Below the pieces are notes generated by a model. That model saw nothing but the letters and a program-made list of their open reading frames with translations, had not been told where the DNA came from and ran no database searches. The position numbers were made by a program, and so were the translations under genes. A stretch of 64,000 bases of DNA from an uncultured Actinomyces sp. Lineage in GTDB: Bacteria; Actinomycetota; Actinomycetes; Actinomycetales; Actinomycetaceae. Of this stretch, positions 40,310 through 49,138 are shown one piece after another; the first letter of the stretch is position 1; each line of letters opens with the position of its first letter. The DNA is taken from NCBI GenBank assembly GCA_938014245.1, contig CALLSD010000060.1:44863-108862 (forward strand), in the 5' to 3' direction.

Positions 40310-41038
40310 ATGACCACACAAACTGAGCGGTCAAGGTGTGCGGGGCACGGCCTCGTCCACGTGGACCACCTCACGAAGCATTACCGGAAAACGCCGGCTC
40401 TACGGGACTACTCGCTGTCACTGGATTCCGGGCACATCGTCGGTCTGATGGGTCCCAACGGATGTGGGAAAACGACGCTGCTGAAAATCCTCGCGGGCGT
40501 ATTGAATGATTATCAAGGGCAGGTGAGTATCGATGGACACAAACCTGGAATCGATACAAAAGCCATTGTGTCCTACTTGCCTTCGGCAGCATTCCTTAAC
40601 GGCGAATGGACCGTGGAGCGTGCGATTAACATCTACTCGCGTTTCTTTGCTGATTTTGAACCGGAAAGAGCGCGAACCATGGTTGATTTCTTTAAACTCC
40701 CCGAGAATCGTCCGCTCAGTGAGATGAGCAAAGGAATGGGAGAAAAGCTTCAAATCAGCCTGATCATGGCGCGCAAAGCGAAGGTTTTCTTGTTGGACGA
40801 GCCGATTAGTGGAGTAGACCCAGCAACTCGCGACATTATCCTCGAGGGTATTTTGCGTGAGTTCAATCCCGAGTCGCTCCTCATCATGTCAACCCACCTG
40901 ATTTCGGATATCGAACATTTCGTCGACTATGCGCTCTTCATGAAAGAGGGACGGGTTCTTCTTCAAGGAGATGCGGATGATCTGCGTGCAACGCGTGGGG
41001 ACTCTTTAGATGCGATTTTCAGGAAGGAATACCGCTGA
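40310..41038 (+). CDS. ABC transporter ATP-binding protein (YtrB-like)
   Basis: GPNGCGKTT, MSKGM, LLDEP, STH. Confidence 0.92.
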   Translation: MTTQTERSRCAGHGLVHVDHLTKHYRKTPALRDYSLSLDSGHIVGLMGPNGCGKTTLLKILAGVLNDYQGQVSIDGHKPGIDTKAIVSYLPSAAFLNGEWTVERAINIYSRFFADFEPERARTMVDFFKLPENRPLSEMSKGMGEKLQISLIMARKAKVFLLDEPISGVDPATRDIILEGILREFNPESLLIMSTHLISDIEHFVDYALFMKEGRVLLQGDADDLRATRGDSLDAIFRKEYR

Positions 41039-41850
41039 TGTTCGGGAAAATGCTGTCTTATGAAATCAGTAGTCGCCTGCGTGCTGATCTTCGTGAAATG
41101 GGGACCGCTATTGCGATCCTTGCCGTGACGGTCGGTGTTGTCGCAAGTGGAGTCCCAGGACTGAGCGGGACAATGACCATGTTTGGTTACCTGATGTGCG
41201 TAGCGATTCCTGTGGGTGCAGCGATCAGTGGAATGAGTGACTACTGGAAGACTCTGTACGGACAACAGGGGTACTTCACCATGACTCTGCCCGTGTCAGG
41301 CGCCGTGATCTACTGGGCAAAGGTCAGCCGAATGATCATCGAATTCCTCGTCGCACTTGCTTTAGCCATCGGCGGAGGCATTGCAGTTGCTTGGGCAGCG
41401 GCATGGAGTCAGGGAATCACCCTCGCCGACTACACTGCCGGCCCGCGTTCGCTATTTGCGACTTTTTCGACTCTGGTGCTTGTGATCCTGTTTATTGCAT
41501 GGATCGTTTCGTGTCTTGCGCTGATTCTTCAGGTCTGTGCGGTCATGAGTCTTGCGGCCGAAGGACGCTTCAACCACATGGGCTTTGGTGCGGTGGCTAT
41601 CGGATTGGTCCTGCTTTACATTGTTGACCAGGTTTTGAGTGGAATTGGAACCTTCTTCATGCCCTTCTCGATGACTCCTGACGGTCAATTCAGTACCGAG
41701 GTTATGTGGACGTCATATCGCGCGACTTTAGGAACTGATGGGTATCCGAATGTTTGGGGAATGGGCGCGTGTATTTTGGTCCCTCTCTTTGCGCTATTCC
41801 TAGCTGTGTGGGCCTCGCGCTCGATTGAAAGGCGCACGTCTTTGCGATGA
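41038..41850 (+). CDS. ABC-2 type permease
   Basis: About 6 TMs, GYFTMTLPV; coupled to the ATPase gene. Confidence 0.78.
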   Translation: MFGKMLSYEISSRLRADLREMGTAIAILAVTVGVVASGVPGLSGTMTMFGYLMCVAIPVGAAISGMSDYWKTLYGQQGYFTMTLPVSGAVIYWAKVSRMIIEFLVALALAIGGGIAVAWAAAWSQGITLADYTAGPRSLFATFSTLVLVILFIAWIVSCLALILQVCAVMSLAAEGRFNHMGFGAVAIGLVLLYIVDQVLSGIGTFFMPFSMTPDGQFSTEVMWTSYRATLGTDGYPNVWGMGACILVPLFALFLAVWASRSIERRTSLR

Positions 41851-41908
41851 GCTAATCGCGCGCTCTGTATCCTTGAAAGCAGACTGCGCGCAATTGTTGG
41901 AGGCTGCG

Positions 41909-42514
41909 ATGGTATTCACGACTGTTATCTCGTCTTTTGTTCAGCTCGCACTTGCCCTTGTTCTTCCGGTTGCATGGTGGGCTGTTGCAACGCGCAGGCG
42001 CGTTGAGTTCGCAACGTGGATTGGCCTCGTCGTCCCCGAGTGGAAAGCAAAGCGCCAGCGTCTTGTGCTCGCGCTCATGGTATGGGCCGCTGTCGCCGTG
42101 CTTTCAGTCGCGCTTCTTTCCTCGGCTGCTGGCGGGACAGCCTCCTCACGCTTCGCAGGCAGTGGGATCTACGGAGCGATAGCGGTTCTCTTCTACGCCT
42201 TCATTCAGACCGGCCTATCGGAAGAGATCCTCTTTCGAGGATTCCTTGGAAAGAAGCTGAGCGAGAAGTTTGGGTTCAGAGTTGGAAACACTGTGCAGGC
42301 CGTGGTCTTCGGTCTTGTACATGTGGTTCTGCTTTCCTCAGCGTTCACCCTGCTCCCACTTATTGGCGTGGGAGTGCTGACTGCGGTCAGTGGCTGGATT
42401 ATGGGCTGGGTGAACGAAGAGGCGGCAGGCGGTTCCATTCTTCCCAGTTGGATGATGCATTCCCTTGCCAACCTCCTCGTTGGTTGGGGAGCGGTGTTTG
42501 GGTTTCTTGCTTAA
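41909..42514 (+). CDS. CPBP (CAAX/Abi) intramembrane metalloprotease
   Basis: EEILFRG, FGLVH, HSLAN motifs. Confidence 0.88.
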   Translation: MVFTTVISSFVQLALALVLPVAWWAVATRRRVEFATWIGLVVPEWKAKRQRLVLALMVWAAVAVLSVALLSSAAGGTASSRFAGSGIYGAIAVLFYAFIQTGLSEEILFRGFLGKKLSEKFGFRVGNTVQAVVFGLVHVVLLSSAFTLLPLIGVGVLTAVSGWIMGWVNEEAAGGSILPSWMMHSLANLLVGWGAVFGFLA

Positions 42515-42629
42515 GGGATAATTCTGCAAATATCGCTGAGCTTTTCCGCGGGCGACTGGGTACCGTTAAACCTAGATGACACTCCTTCTATCGCCGCGAG
42601 GTGCAGGCGAAATGCTCAAAGGAAGCCGA

Positions 42630-43607
42630 ATGATCGTTGACATGAATACGGGGCAGCCGAATTTCTCCGCGACTCCTCAAAACCCTGATCTGCTCAGATG
42701 GGTTGGGATTCAAGTCGCAGTTGTCGTGCTTGCCTGGCTCATTGGCATGATTGTTCGCCGTTTCCTTGCTTCGCGAATGACGATGTCCACTGCCTCAGCA
42801 ACTTTGACCGGCATGCTTGGTGTGTGGGCTGGACTGCTCTTTGCCGGCTGGATTTTCTCAAGCTCTGATATGTGGCGCCCGGCCATGATTGCCGTCGCGG
42901 CCGTGGTTTCCCTCCTTGTCGTCACTGTCTGCGCTCTCATCGTCGCCTATCTGCACCCGCGTCCCGGCCTCGATCCGATCGCTGAGGTTGCCGCGCGAGG
43001 CGAATCCGATACGCGCGAATTCAAGTCCAGCGCACGCTGGAATATGCGTACCCAGCAGCGGGATGATGCGATGGAGACCGTCATTGCCAAGACTGTTGCT
43101 GCCTTCATGAATTCCGGTGGCGGAACGCTCCTCATCGGTGTTGATGATGATGGAAAGCTCATCGGTTTAGGCCCGGACTATGCGACATTGAAGAGTCCTG
43201 ATGCTGATCGTTTTGAACTGTGGATTCGCGATCTGTGGGGGCAACGCCTCGGAACTAACGCGGCTGCGCTGCCAAGCGTCGATTTCGCTCCGGCCACGGA
43301 TCCCCAATAGGGCTACGAGGCTCAGGAAGTCTGCCGCGTGACCGTTCCTCCCAGCCCGAGGCCTGTGTACCTCCTTGGTCCCAAAGGTAAGGGGGCGCCG
43401 GAGCTGTGGGTTCGCGTGGGTAACTCAACGCGGCGCCTCGAGGTTTCCGACGCGGTTGAGTACATTACTCACCGTTGGCCTTCCAGCGTGCGCACGACCT
43501 TGTGGGGGCGTATTCGCATGTTCTTCTTCACTAGGGGAGGGCGTCGTGAGCGTCCCGCCGCGCTTCCGCGTTTTGTCCAGCGTGTGTTGATGGATTCGGA
43601 GGAGTAA
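42630..43607 (+). pseudogene. 3-TM + Schlafen/AlbA_2 domain protein interrupted by an in-frame TAG at 43308-43310
   Basis: GESDTREFKSS, TVAAFMNSGGGTLLIGVDD. After the TAG the same frame continues GYEAQEVCRVTVPPSPRPVY..WVRVGNSTRRL. Confidence 0.78.
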
Positions 43608-43712
43608 GACTCCTCGAAGGGCAGCTTTAATAAAAACGTATAGACTATGTTTTATTAGAAGCCGTTGCTCAGGCGTTAATGACACTCGCCGAGGCCCGAC
43701 GAGAGGAAACTC

Positions 43713-44057
43713 ATGATCGAACCCAATTCTGACCTGCCCGAATTTGACCTCCGCGATGTTTCCGCCGAAAAGGCGCAGGAGCCTGCTCAGAACTCCGGTG
43801 GATGCGGTTGCGGTTGTAACCACGAGGCTGAGCTGCCGCGCTTGGATGCGCGTCCCTTCCCGCCTCGCTTGCGTCACCCCGCAATCCTGGGTGCGGTGTC
43901 TTCTCTGAATGTTGGCGAGGCGATGGAACTGGTCGCGCCTCACGTGCCAACGCCCTTGCTCAACCAGATCGACATGATGCTGGAAGGCGAGTTTGCCTAC
44001 GAGCTGGTCGCCGTCAGCGATGAAGGCGCGATCGTTAAAATCTCCCGCGTTGGCTGA
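43713..44057 (+). CDS. DUF2249 domain protein with N-terminal CGCGC motif
   Basis: LDAR..P..RH..I.GA...L..GE...LVAPH.P.PLL.Q. Confidence 0.78.
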   Translation: MIEPNSDLPEFDLRDVSAEKAQEPAQNSGGCGCGCNHEAELPRLDARPFPPRLRHPAILGAVSSLNVGEAMELVAPHVPTPLLNQIDMMLEGEFAYELVAVSDEGAIVKISRVG

Positions 44058-44189
44058 GCAGAATATATAAACTGTTCGCCCCGATGGCGCGCCTAGGTTC
44101 AAGACCGCGGGATTACGCAGAGAGGTGTCGGGGGAGAGGGATCCTTCAAGACGCTATTCTTGAAGAATAACGTTCACGTGGAGGTCGGA

Positions 44190-45269
44190 ATGCGCAAAAC
44201 TCTCCCCAACGACATCAAAGAAATCCTCGCAAGCGGGGACGTCGAGGCCGTGGCTGAGGCAGTGAAAAACTGCGAGATTGGCGCATACCTGCGGAGCGAA
44301 TACGGAAAGCCCAAACTCTTGCACCTCCTCTGCTCGCAAGAGATTGTCGAGTTCTTGGTCGCTCGAGGCGAGGACATCAACTGTCGCAATGAACGCGGAC
44401 AAACCCCCATTCACTGCCGCGTCAAGCAACGTCGACCCGATCTGATCCCCGGTCTCATTGCCCTTGGCGGCGATATCAATGCCCGAGATAACACGGACCA
44501 AACTCCGTTGTTCGGCGCTGTCGAACGCCTGGACGCGCCCGAGGTGGAACAGATGATCCAGTGGGGCGCTGACCCCACTCTTGATGCGCATTCAAAGATC
44601 TATGGGGACTACACGCTGACGAAGTACGCGCTCAGTTGGTACAACTTGTTTGATTCCCCCAGAATCTTGCGTATTTTCAAGGTTTTGCGTGCTCATGGTG
44701 CACACCCAAGCGGCGAGGAATACAAAGCTCTTCAAGCCATGGATAAAGATCGCTGCTCGATCATCGCCCACAACCCTGAAGATGCCAGCAACCCCCGCTT
44801 CCAAGAAGCCGCGGAAGCCTTGCGGCAGCTGTGCGAAATGTTCGGCGTCGCTCAGCAAGTTGCGCGTCCCGCCCCAAGCGTTGGAGAAAAGCTCGAGCTC
44901 GATCCTTCAAAGAGCTGGAAGAAGCTTTCCAACGAACTTTGGGACTTGCTCGTTCCACTTGATAATCAGGCCGAGACACTCCAAGGCGAAGCCATCAGGA
45001 TCACGGGCAAGGTTGCCTACGAGGTCTACGACAACGGCGGCATTAACTGGGAACCGACTTTTAACGCGCTCCTCAAGCAATTCCTCGAGATCATTTCCTC
45101 TCAGGTCCCCCTCAGCGCAGACGAGCTTGCGCGCGCCACGAAAGCAGTGGGGGACCTTCGCGGTGGAAAATCAACCGAGGCCAGTGACGTCTTACGCGAA
45201 GCCGCTGTTCACTGGGTGCTTGCCAATCCTGTCTTACGCGAAAACACCCTGCCTTTCCTCGGCCGGTAA
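44190..45269 (+). CDS. Ankyrin-repeat protein with a helical C-terminal domain
   Basis: FLVARGEDIN..GQTPIH, LGGDINARD..QTPLF, GADP; C-terminal LWDLLVP..TLQGEAIR..DNGGINW. Confidence 0.8.
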   Translation: MRKTLPNDIKEILASGDVEAVAEAVKNCEIGAYLRSEYGKPKLLHLLCSQEIVEFLVARGEDINCRNERGQTPIHCRVKQRRPDLIPGLIALGGDINARDNTDQTPLFGAVERLDAPEVEQMIQWGADPTLDAHSKIYGDYTLTKYALSWYNLFDSPRILRIFKVLRAHGAHPSGEEYKALQAMDKDRCSIIAHNPEDASNPRFQEAAEALRQLCEMFGVAQQVARPAPSVGEKLELDPSKSWKKLSNELWDLLVPLDNQAETLQGEAIRITGKVAYEVYDNGGINWEPTFNALLKQFLEIISSQVPLSADELARATKAVGDLRGGKSTEASDVLREAAVHWVLANPVLRENTLPFLGR

Positions 45270-45278
45270 ACGCGCGCC

Positions 45279-46886
45279 TTACTCCTCGCTGCCCTTACGA
45301 CGGCGCACCCGCTTACGCGGTGCAGGCGAGTGCTCACCACGACCACGGCCCTTCGTACCGCGGTCGGAGCGCCCCTGCTTTCCAGGATTCATCGTCTGAT
45401 CGCCATCCTTACGGTCGCGGCGCCTACTTCGGCTACCCTCGCCAGAGCGGGAGGACGTGCGAGCACCTGAGCGGCCTCGGCCTCGTCCACGGCGGGAAGG
45501 AGCGCCCAAATCCTCAAGCTTTTCCGCGCCAAGTCCCTCGCGCGTACGCTTCGCACGAGGCAGGCGCCCGGTAACGTCCTCGGGAATATCCAAGTCCGTG
45601 TACAGGTGCGGCGAGGTGTGGTAAGTCTCCAGAGGGTCGGGAACGCCCAAGCCCAGTGCCTTCGAAATCAATGACCAGCGCGGGACATCGTCCCAATCCA
45701 CGAAGGTCACGGCTGTGCCAGAATTCCCCGCGCGACCGGTGCGACCAATGCGGTGGATGTAGACCTTCTCGTCTTCGGGGCACTGGTAGTTGATGACGTG
45801 GGTGACATCGTCAACGTCGATGCCGCGCGCGGCAACATCCGTCGCGACCAAAACGTCGACCTTGCCATTACGGAAAGCACGCAGAGCCTGCTCACGCGCA
45901 CCCTGGCCCAAGTCCCCGTGGAGGGCCGCAACGGCAAAACCGCGCTCGCTGAGCTCGTCAGCAACGCGCGCAGCCGCACGCTTGGTTCGGCAGAAAATCA
46001 CGGCGCGACCGCGGCCTCGTGCCTGCAAGATACGCGCAACGATCTCGGTCTTGTTCATGGCATGAGCGCGGTAGATGACCTGCTGGACCGTGTTGACGGT
46101 CTGTCCCTGATCGTCAGGATCTTGCGCGCGGATGTGGGTCGGCTGGGTCATGAACTTGCGAGCCAGCGTGATCACCGGGCCGGGCATAGTTGCCGAGAAA
46201 AGCATCATGTGGCGGTCCGCGGGAATGCGCGAAAGCAAGGTCTCTACGTCGGGGAGGAAGCCCAAGTCAAGCATCTCGTCGGCCTCATCAAGGACAACGT
46301 TTTCCACGCCGTTGAGGTGCAGCACACCTTGACGGAGCAAATCGATCAAGCGCCCGGGGGTACCGACGACGATATCCGCGCCTCGCTTGAGTGCGTCAAT
46401 CTGAGGTTCGAACGCGACGCCGCCGTAGATGTCAACGATGCGCGTCGACAGGTGCGAGGCGGCTGCCCGGAGGTCCTCGGCCACCTGCTTGGTGAGCTCG
46501 CGGGTCGGCAAAATGATGAGTGCCTGCGGCATATTCGGGTTGAGAAGGTCCTCGTAGCCCTCTTCATCCGGGGCGATGACGTCTTCCAGCACAGGGATGC
46601 CGAATCCCAGAGTCTTACCGGTACCCGTCTTGGCTTGACCAATGATGTCGTGGCGATCCAGTGCGACGGGAAGAGTCAGGGCTTGGATCGGGAAGGGGTG
46701 GGTGATGCCGCGTTCTTCGAGCGCGTCAACGATGGGGTCACTGACCCCGAAATCAGCGAAAGATTTCGCTTCGAAAGTTTCATTTCCCAAGTTTGTAATG
46801 TCGGGGGTGGTCTCTTCTTCAGTGGAAGGGGCAGCAATCGCGCCAAGACGAACAACGCCGGCGGAGTACTCAGAAGGTGAAGTCAC
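45279..46886 (-). CDS. DEAD-box RNA helicase (RhlE-like)
   Basis: Q motif, AKTGTGKT, PTREL, TPGR, DEAD, SAT, ARGID, HRIGRTGR; basic tail; GTG start inferred. Confidence 0.93.
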   Translation of the reverse strand: MTSPSEYSAGVVRLGAIAAPSTEEETTPDITNLGNETFEAKSFADFGVSDPIVDALEERGITHPFPIQALTLPVALDRHDIIGQAKTGTGKTLGFGIPVLEDVIAPDEEGYEDLLNPNMPQALIILPTRELTKQVAEDLRAAASHLSTRIVDIYGGVAFEPQIDALKRGADIVVGTPGRLIDLLRQGVLHLNGVENVVLDEADEMLDLGFLPDVETLLSRIPADRHMMLFSATMPGPVITLARKFMTQPTHIRAQDPDDQGQTVNTVQQVIYRAHAMNKTEIVARILQARGRGRAVIFCRTKRAAARVADELSERGFAVAALHGDLGQGAREQALRAFRNGKVDVLVATDVAARGIDVDDVTHVINYQCPEDEKVYIHRIGRTGRAGNSGTAVTFVDWDDVPRWSLISKALGLGVPDPLETYHTSPHLYTDLDIPEDVTGRLPRAKRTREGLGAEKLEDLGAPSRRGRGRGRSGARTSSRSGEGSRSRRRDRKDGDQTMNPGKQGRSDRGTKGRGRGEHSPAPRKRVRRRKGSEE

Positions 46887-47069
46887 AATCAACCTGTCCT
46901 GGGGAAAAACCCCGTTGAGAATTGCAGCCGATCGCGGTCTTCTTGTGGGCACTTGCCCGGGAAACTTTTCTCGCGTGCGATCGGTCAGCACTGTCTTTTT
47001 CATTGTACGAGGTTGACAAGGTTTGTCCGAAGAGGAACCCGTCACGTTTGCGTGATGTAGTGTTATGCC

Positions 47070-47693
47070 ATGGAACGCACCTATGAACCTGTGGCGGACA
47101 GCGACGCGGAAGTCGTCGGTCTGATCGCGTATTCGATTTTGGCTGCAATGACTCGCCTGGCAAAGGATAGTGACCAGGCTCCGACCTTCGAAGCGAAGGT
47201 GGAACACGCACGTATGGCGACGCGTGTTTTCGAGACTTTTACTCAGGTTGAGACGTGGTGTACTCACCGTGGAATGGATTTGTCTACGTATGCGCGAGCC
47301 TACGACGGGCTCTATGACGACCTCGATGCCCGCACGCGCCCGAAGACATGGCATGAGCGTTCCATTAAAACCTATGTGACCTTGGGGGTCCTTGGTGGTT
47401 TCCTGCGTGAGATCGCTTCGCGAAAGAATCTTTTCCCCGGAGCGAATTGGGATCTTGAGCAGGGGGAGTGGGTGCGCGAGAACCTTGCCCCCATTTTCGA
47501 GGCCGACGAGCAGCTTGCGGCGAGGCTGTCCTTGTGGGCGCGCCGAGTTGCCGGAGAAGTTTTGGGTTTGGTGCGTTCGACGATGTTTATGCACCCGGAC
47601 CTATCGCTGTCACCCGAAGACTCAGACACCATTGCTGAAGTGCTGAGCAGTGAACATGCTGAACGAATGAAGGAAATCCACCTGCGTGCCTAG
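47070..47693 (+). CDS. Ferritin-like (MiaE-like) protein
   Basis: RLAKD..AP, T.PKTWHE..KTYV, LSLWARR..GE, H.ERM; divergent from the helicase. Confidence 0.75.
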   Translation: MERTYEPVADSDAEVVGLIAYSILAAMTRLAKDSDQAPTFEAKVEHARMATRVFETFTQVETWCTHRGMDLSTYARAYDGLYDDLDARTRPKTWHERSIKTYVTLGVLGGFLREIASRKNLFPGANWDLEQGEWVRENLAPIFEADEQLAARLSLWARRVAGEVLGLVRSTMFMHPDLSLSPEDSDTIAEVLSSEHAERMKEIHLRA

Positions 47694-47733
47694 GGCAACA
47701 GGTGGACTTGTGAAGAAATAAACGCGCGGCTTC

Positions 47734-47958
47734 TCAGTGAATGGCGAAGCCGACGCGGTGGCTCTGCTGCGCCGTGACGCGCACGAAGGAAATTGCCTGC
47801 GCGGGGATGAGTGTCTTCTCTCCCTTAGTGTCGGTCAGGAGTAGCGGCGTTTGAGCGCGGAGGGCTTCACTCACTTGAGCGAAGAGCTCGTCTTCACTGA
47901 GGTTTACCTCCAGGTCGAGCTCGCGCGGACTTGCATTGATACCGATCGTAATGTTCAC
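47734..47958 (-). CDS. DUF3107 protein
   Basis: ITIGI..SPREL, LTDTKG, ISFV, RVGF. Confidence 0.85.
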   Translation of the reverse strand: MNITIGINASPRELDLEVNLSEDELFAQVSEALRAQTPLLLTDTKGEKTLIPAQAISFVRVTAQQSHRVGFAIH

Positions 47959-48216
47959 TGCGACTCCCAGATGTTATGGATCGAATGGTCTTCTGTGTCC
48001 TCATAGTACGTGCAGGTGGGGGAGAGGGCCTGCTATTTCTGCAAGAGCGTAATTGTGGGGTCGGTCGAAGCGTTGTCGCGGTTTAGTATCTAAGTGGTTA
48101 GTATGTGGGGTTGTGTTGAAAATAGTGCGAGAAGCGGCAGCTATCGGTTTGTATTGACGAGTTGTTTTGTGTTCTGGCGGTAAAGCTTAAAGTTGAATCT
48201 ACTCGAAAGGTGAACG

Positions 48217-49002
48217 ATGTCTTTTCCTCCTTATCCGCAGGAAATGCCCGTTGAGGGGGTTTATTCGACTGTTCCTCCTCAAGGACAATTTGGAGTAGCA
48301 CCTGTAGTTAAACCCTTATCTCCCCTTGCTATCACCGCACTCGTGTTGGGAATTATTTCTCTTCTCCTGTTCTGGGTTCCGGCTCTTAAATATCTGATTT
48401 TAATTCTGGCCCTTATTGCTACAGTCGTTGCGATTCTCGCTGTCGTTCAGACACGCCCGGATGCGACTCACCGCGGCTCCAGTATGGCAATTGCTTCACT
48501 GGTGATTTCGACTCTCACTATTGCTGCTGTTTTGGGAGGCCAAGCTATGTATTCGAAGGCTAATGGTGAGGCCGCTGGGACATCTTCTGTATCGCCGCAA
48601 GCTTCCAAAGCTGGTGCGACCTCGGATGTTGTTCAGCTGGAGAACGGTAAGGTCACGATTGAGGTGAAGAAGGTCGAGGAGTCGGTAGATGATCGGGAAG
48701 GTCAGCCAACGGTCGCTGTGACATTAAAGATCACAAATAATGACACAAGTAGTTTGAATCCTTTTGCATACTATGTTGAGGTATCCCAAAACAAGGCTGC
48801 GCTCGATAGTGCAATTTATTCCGATGATCTAATGCCTGAAGGATACGAGCCTTTCGCGGACTTGGAAGAGGTCCCAGCTGGTAAAAGCATGACCCTTGTG
48901 GAAGGGTATGTTCTTCGCGATGCAGCTGCTCCAGTTACGCTGATGATTGACAGCACTATCTCTTCAACAAAGGCATTCAAAAAGGAATATTCACTTCAGT
49001 AA
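48217..49002 (+). CDS. Membrane protein with DUF4190-like TMs and a DUF5067-like extracellular domain
   Basis: AITALVLGIISLL..MAIASLV; Ig-like C-terminal domain; AT-richer codons. Confidence 0.65.
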   Translation: MSFPPYPQEMPVEGVYSTVPPQGQFGVAPVVKPLSPLAITALVLGIISLLLFWVPALKYLILILALIATVVAILAVVQTRPDATHRGSSMAIASLVISTLTIAAVLGGQAMYSKANGEAAGTSSVSPQASKAGATSDVVQLENGKVTIEVKKVEESVDDREGQPTVAVTLKITNNDTSSLNPFAYYVEVSQNKAALDSAIYSDDLMPEGYEPFADLEEVPAGKSMTLVEGYVLRDAAAPVTLMIDSTISSTKAFKKEYSLQ

Positions 49003-49035
49003 AGGGTAAGCCCTCACTTTGAGTATGACTGCCAG

Positions 49036-49075
49036 AATGTGCCCCCGAAGCTTCCGCTTCGGGGGCACATTTTTC
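49036..49075 (+). terminator. Intrinsic terminator
   Basis: AATGTGCCCCCGAAGC-TTCC-GCTTCGGGGGCACATT-TTT. Confidence 0.82.
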
Positions 49076-49138
49076 TCAATCTCGACGTGAAGCCAAAAGT
49101 TGGCTCCAAATGCACATGGCCTCTGTCAGAATCACTAT

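Noticed and set aside
46887..47594. 236-aa N-terminal extension of the helicase (771-aa ORF)
   Set aside because: It runs antisense through the ferritin-like gene and the promoter region and has no domain features. The GTG at 46886 with an upstream -10 box is more plausible.
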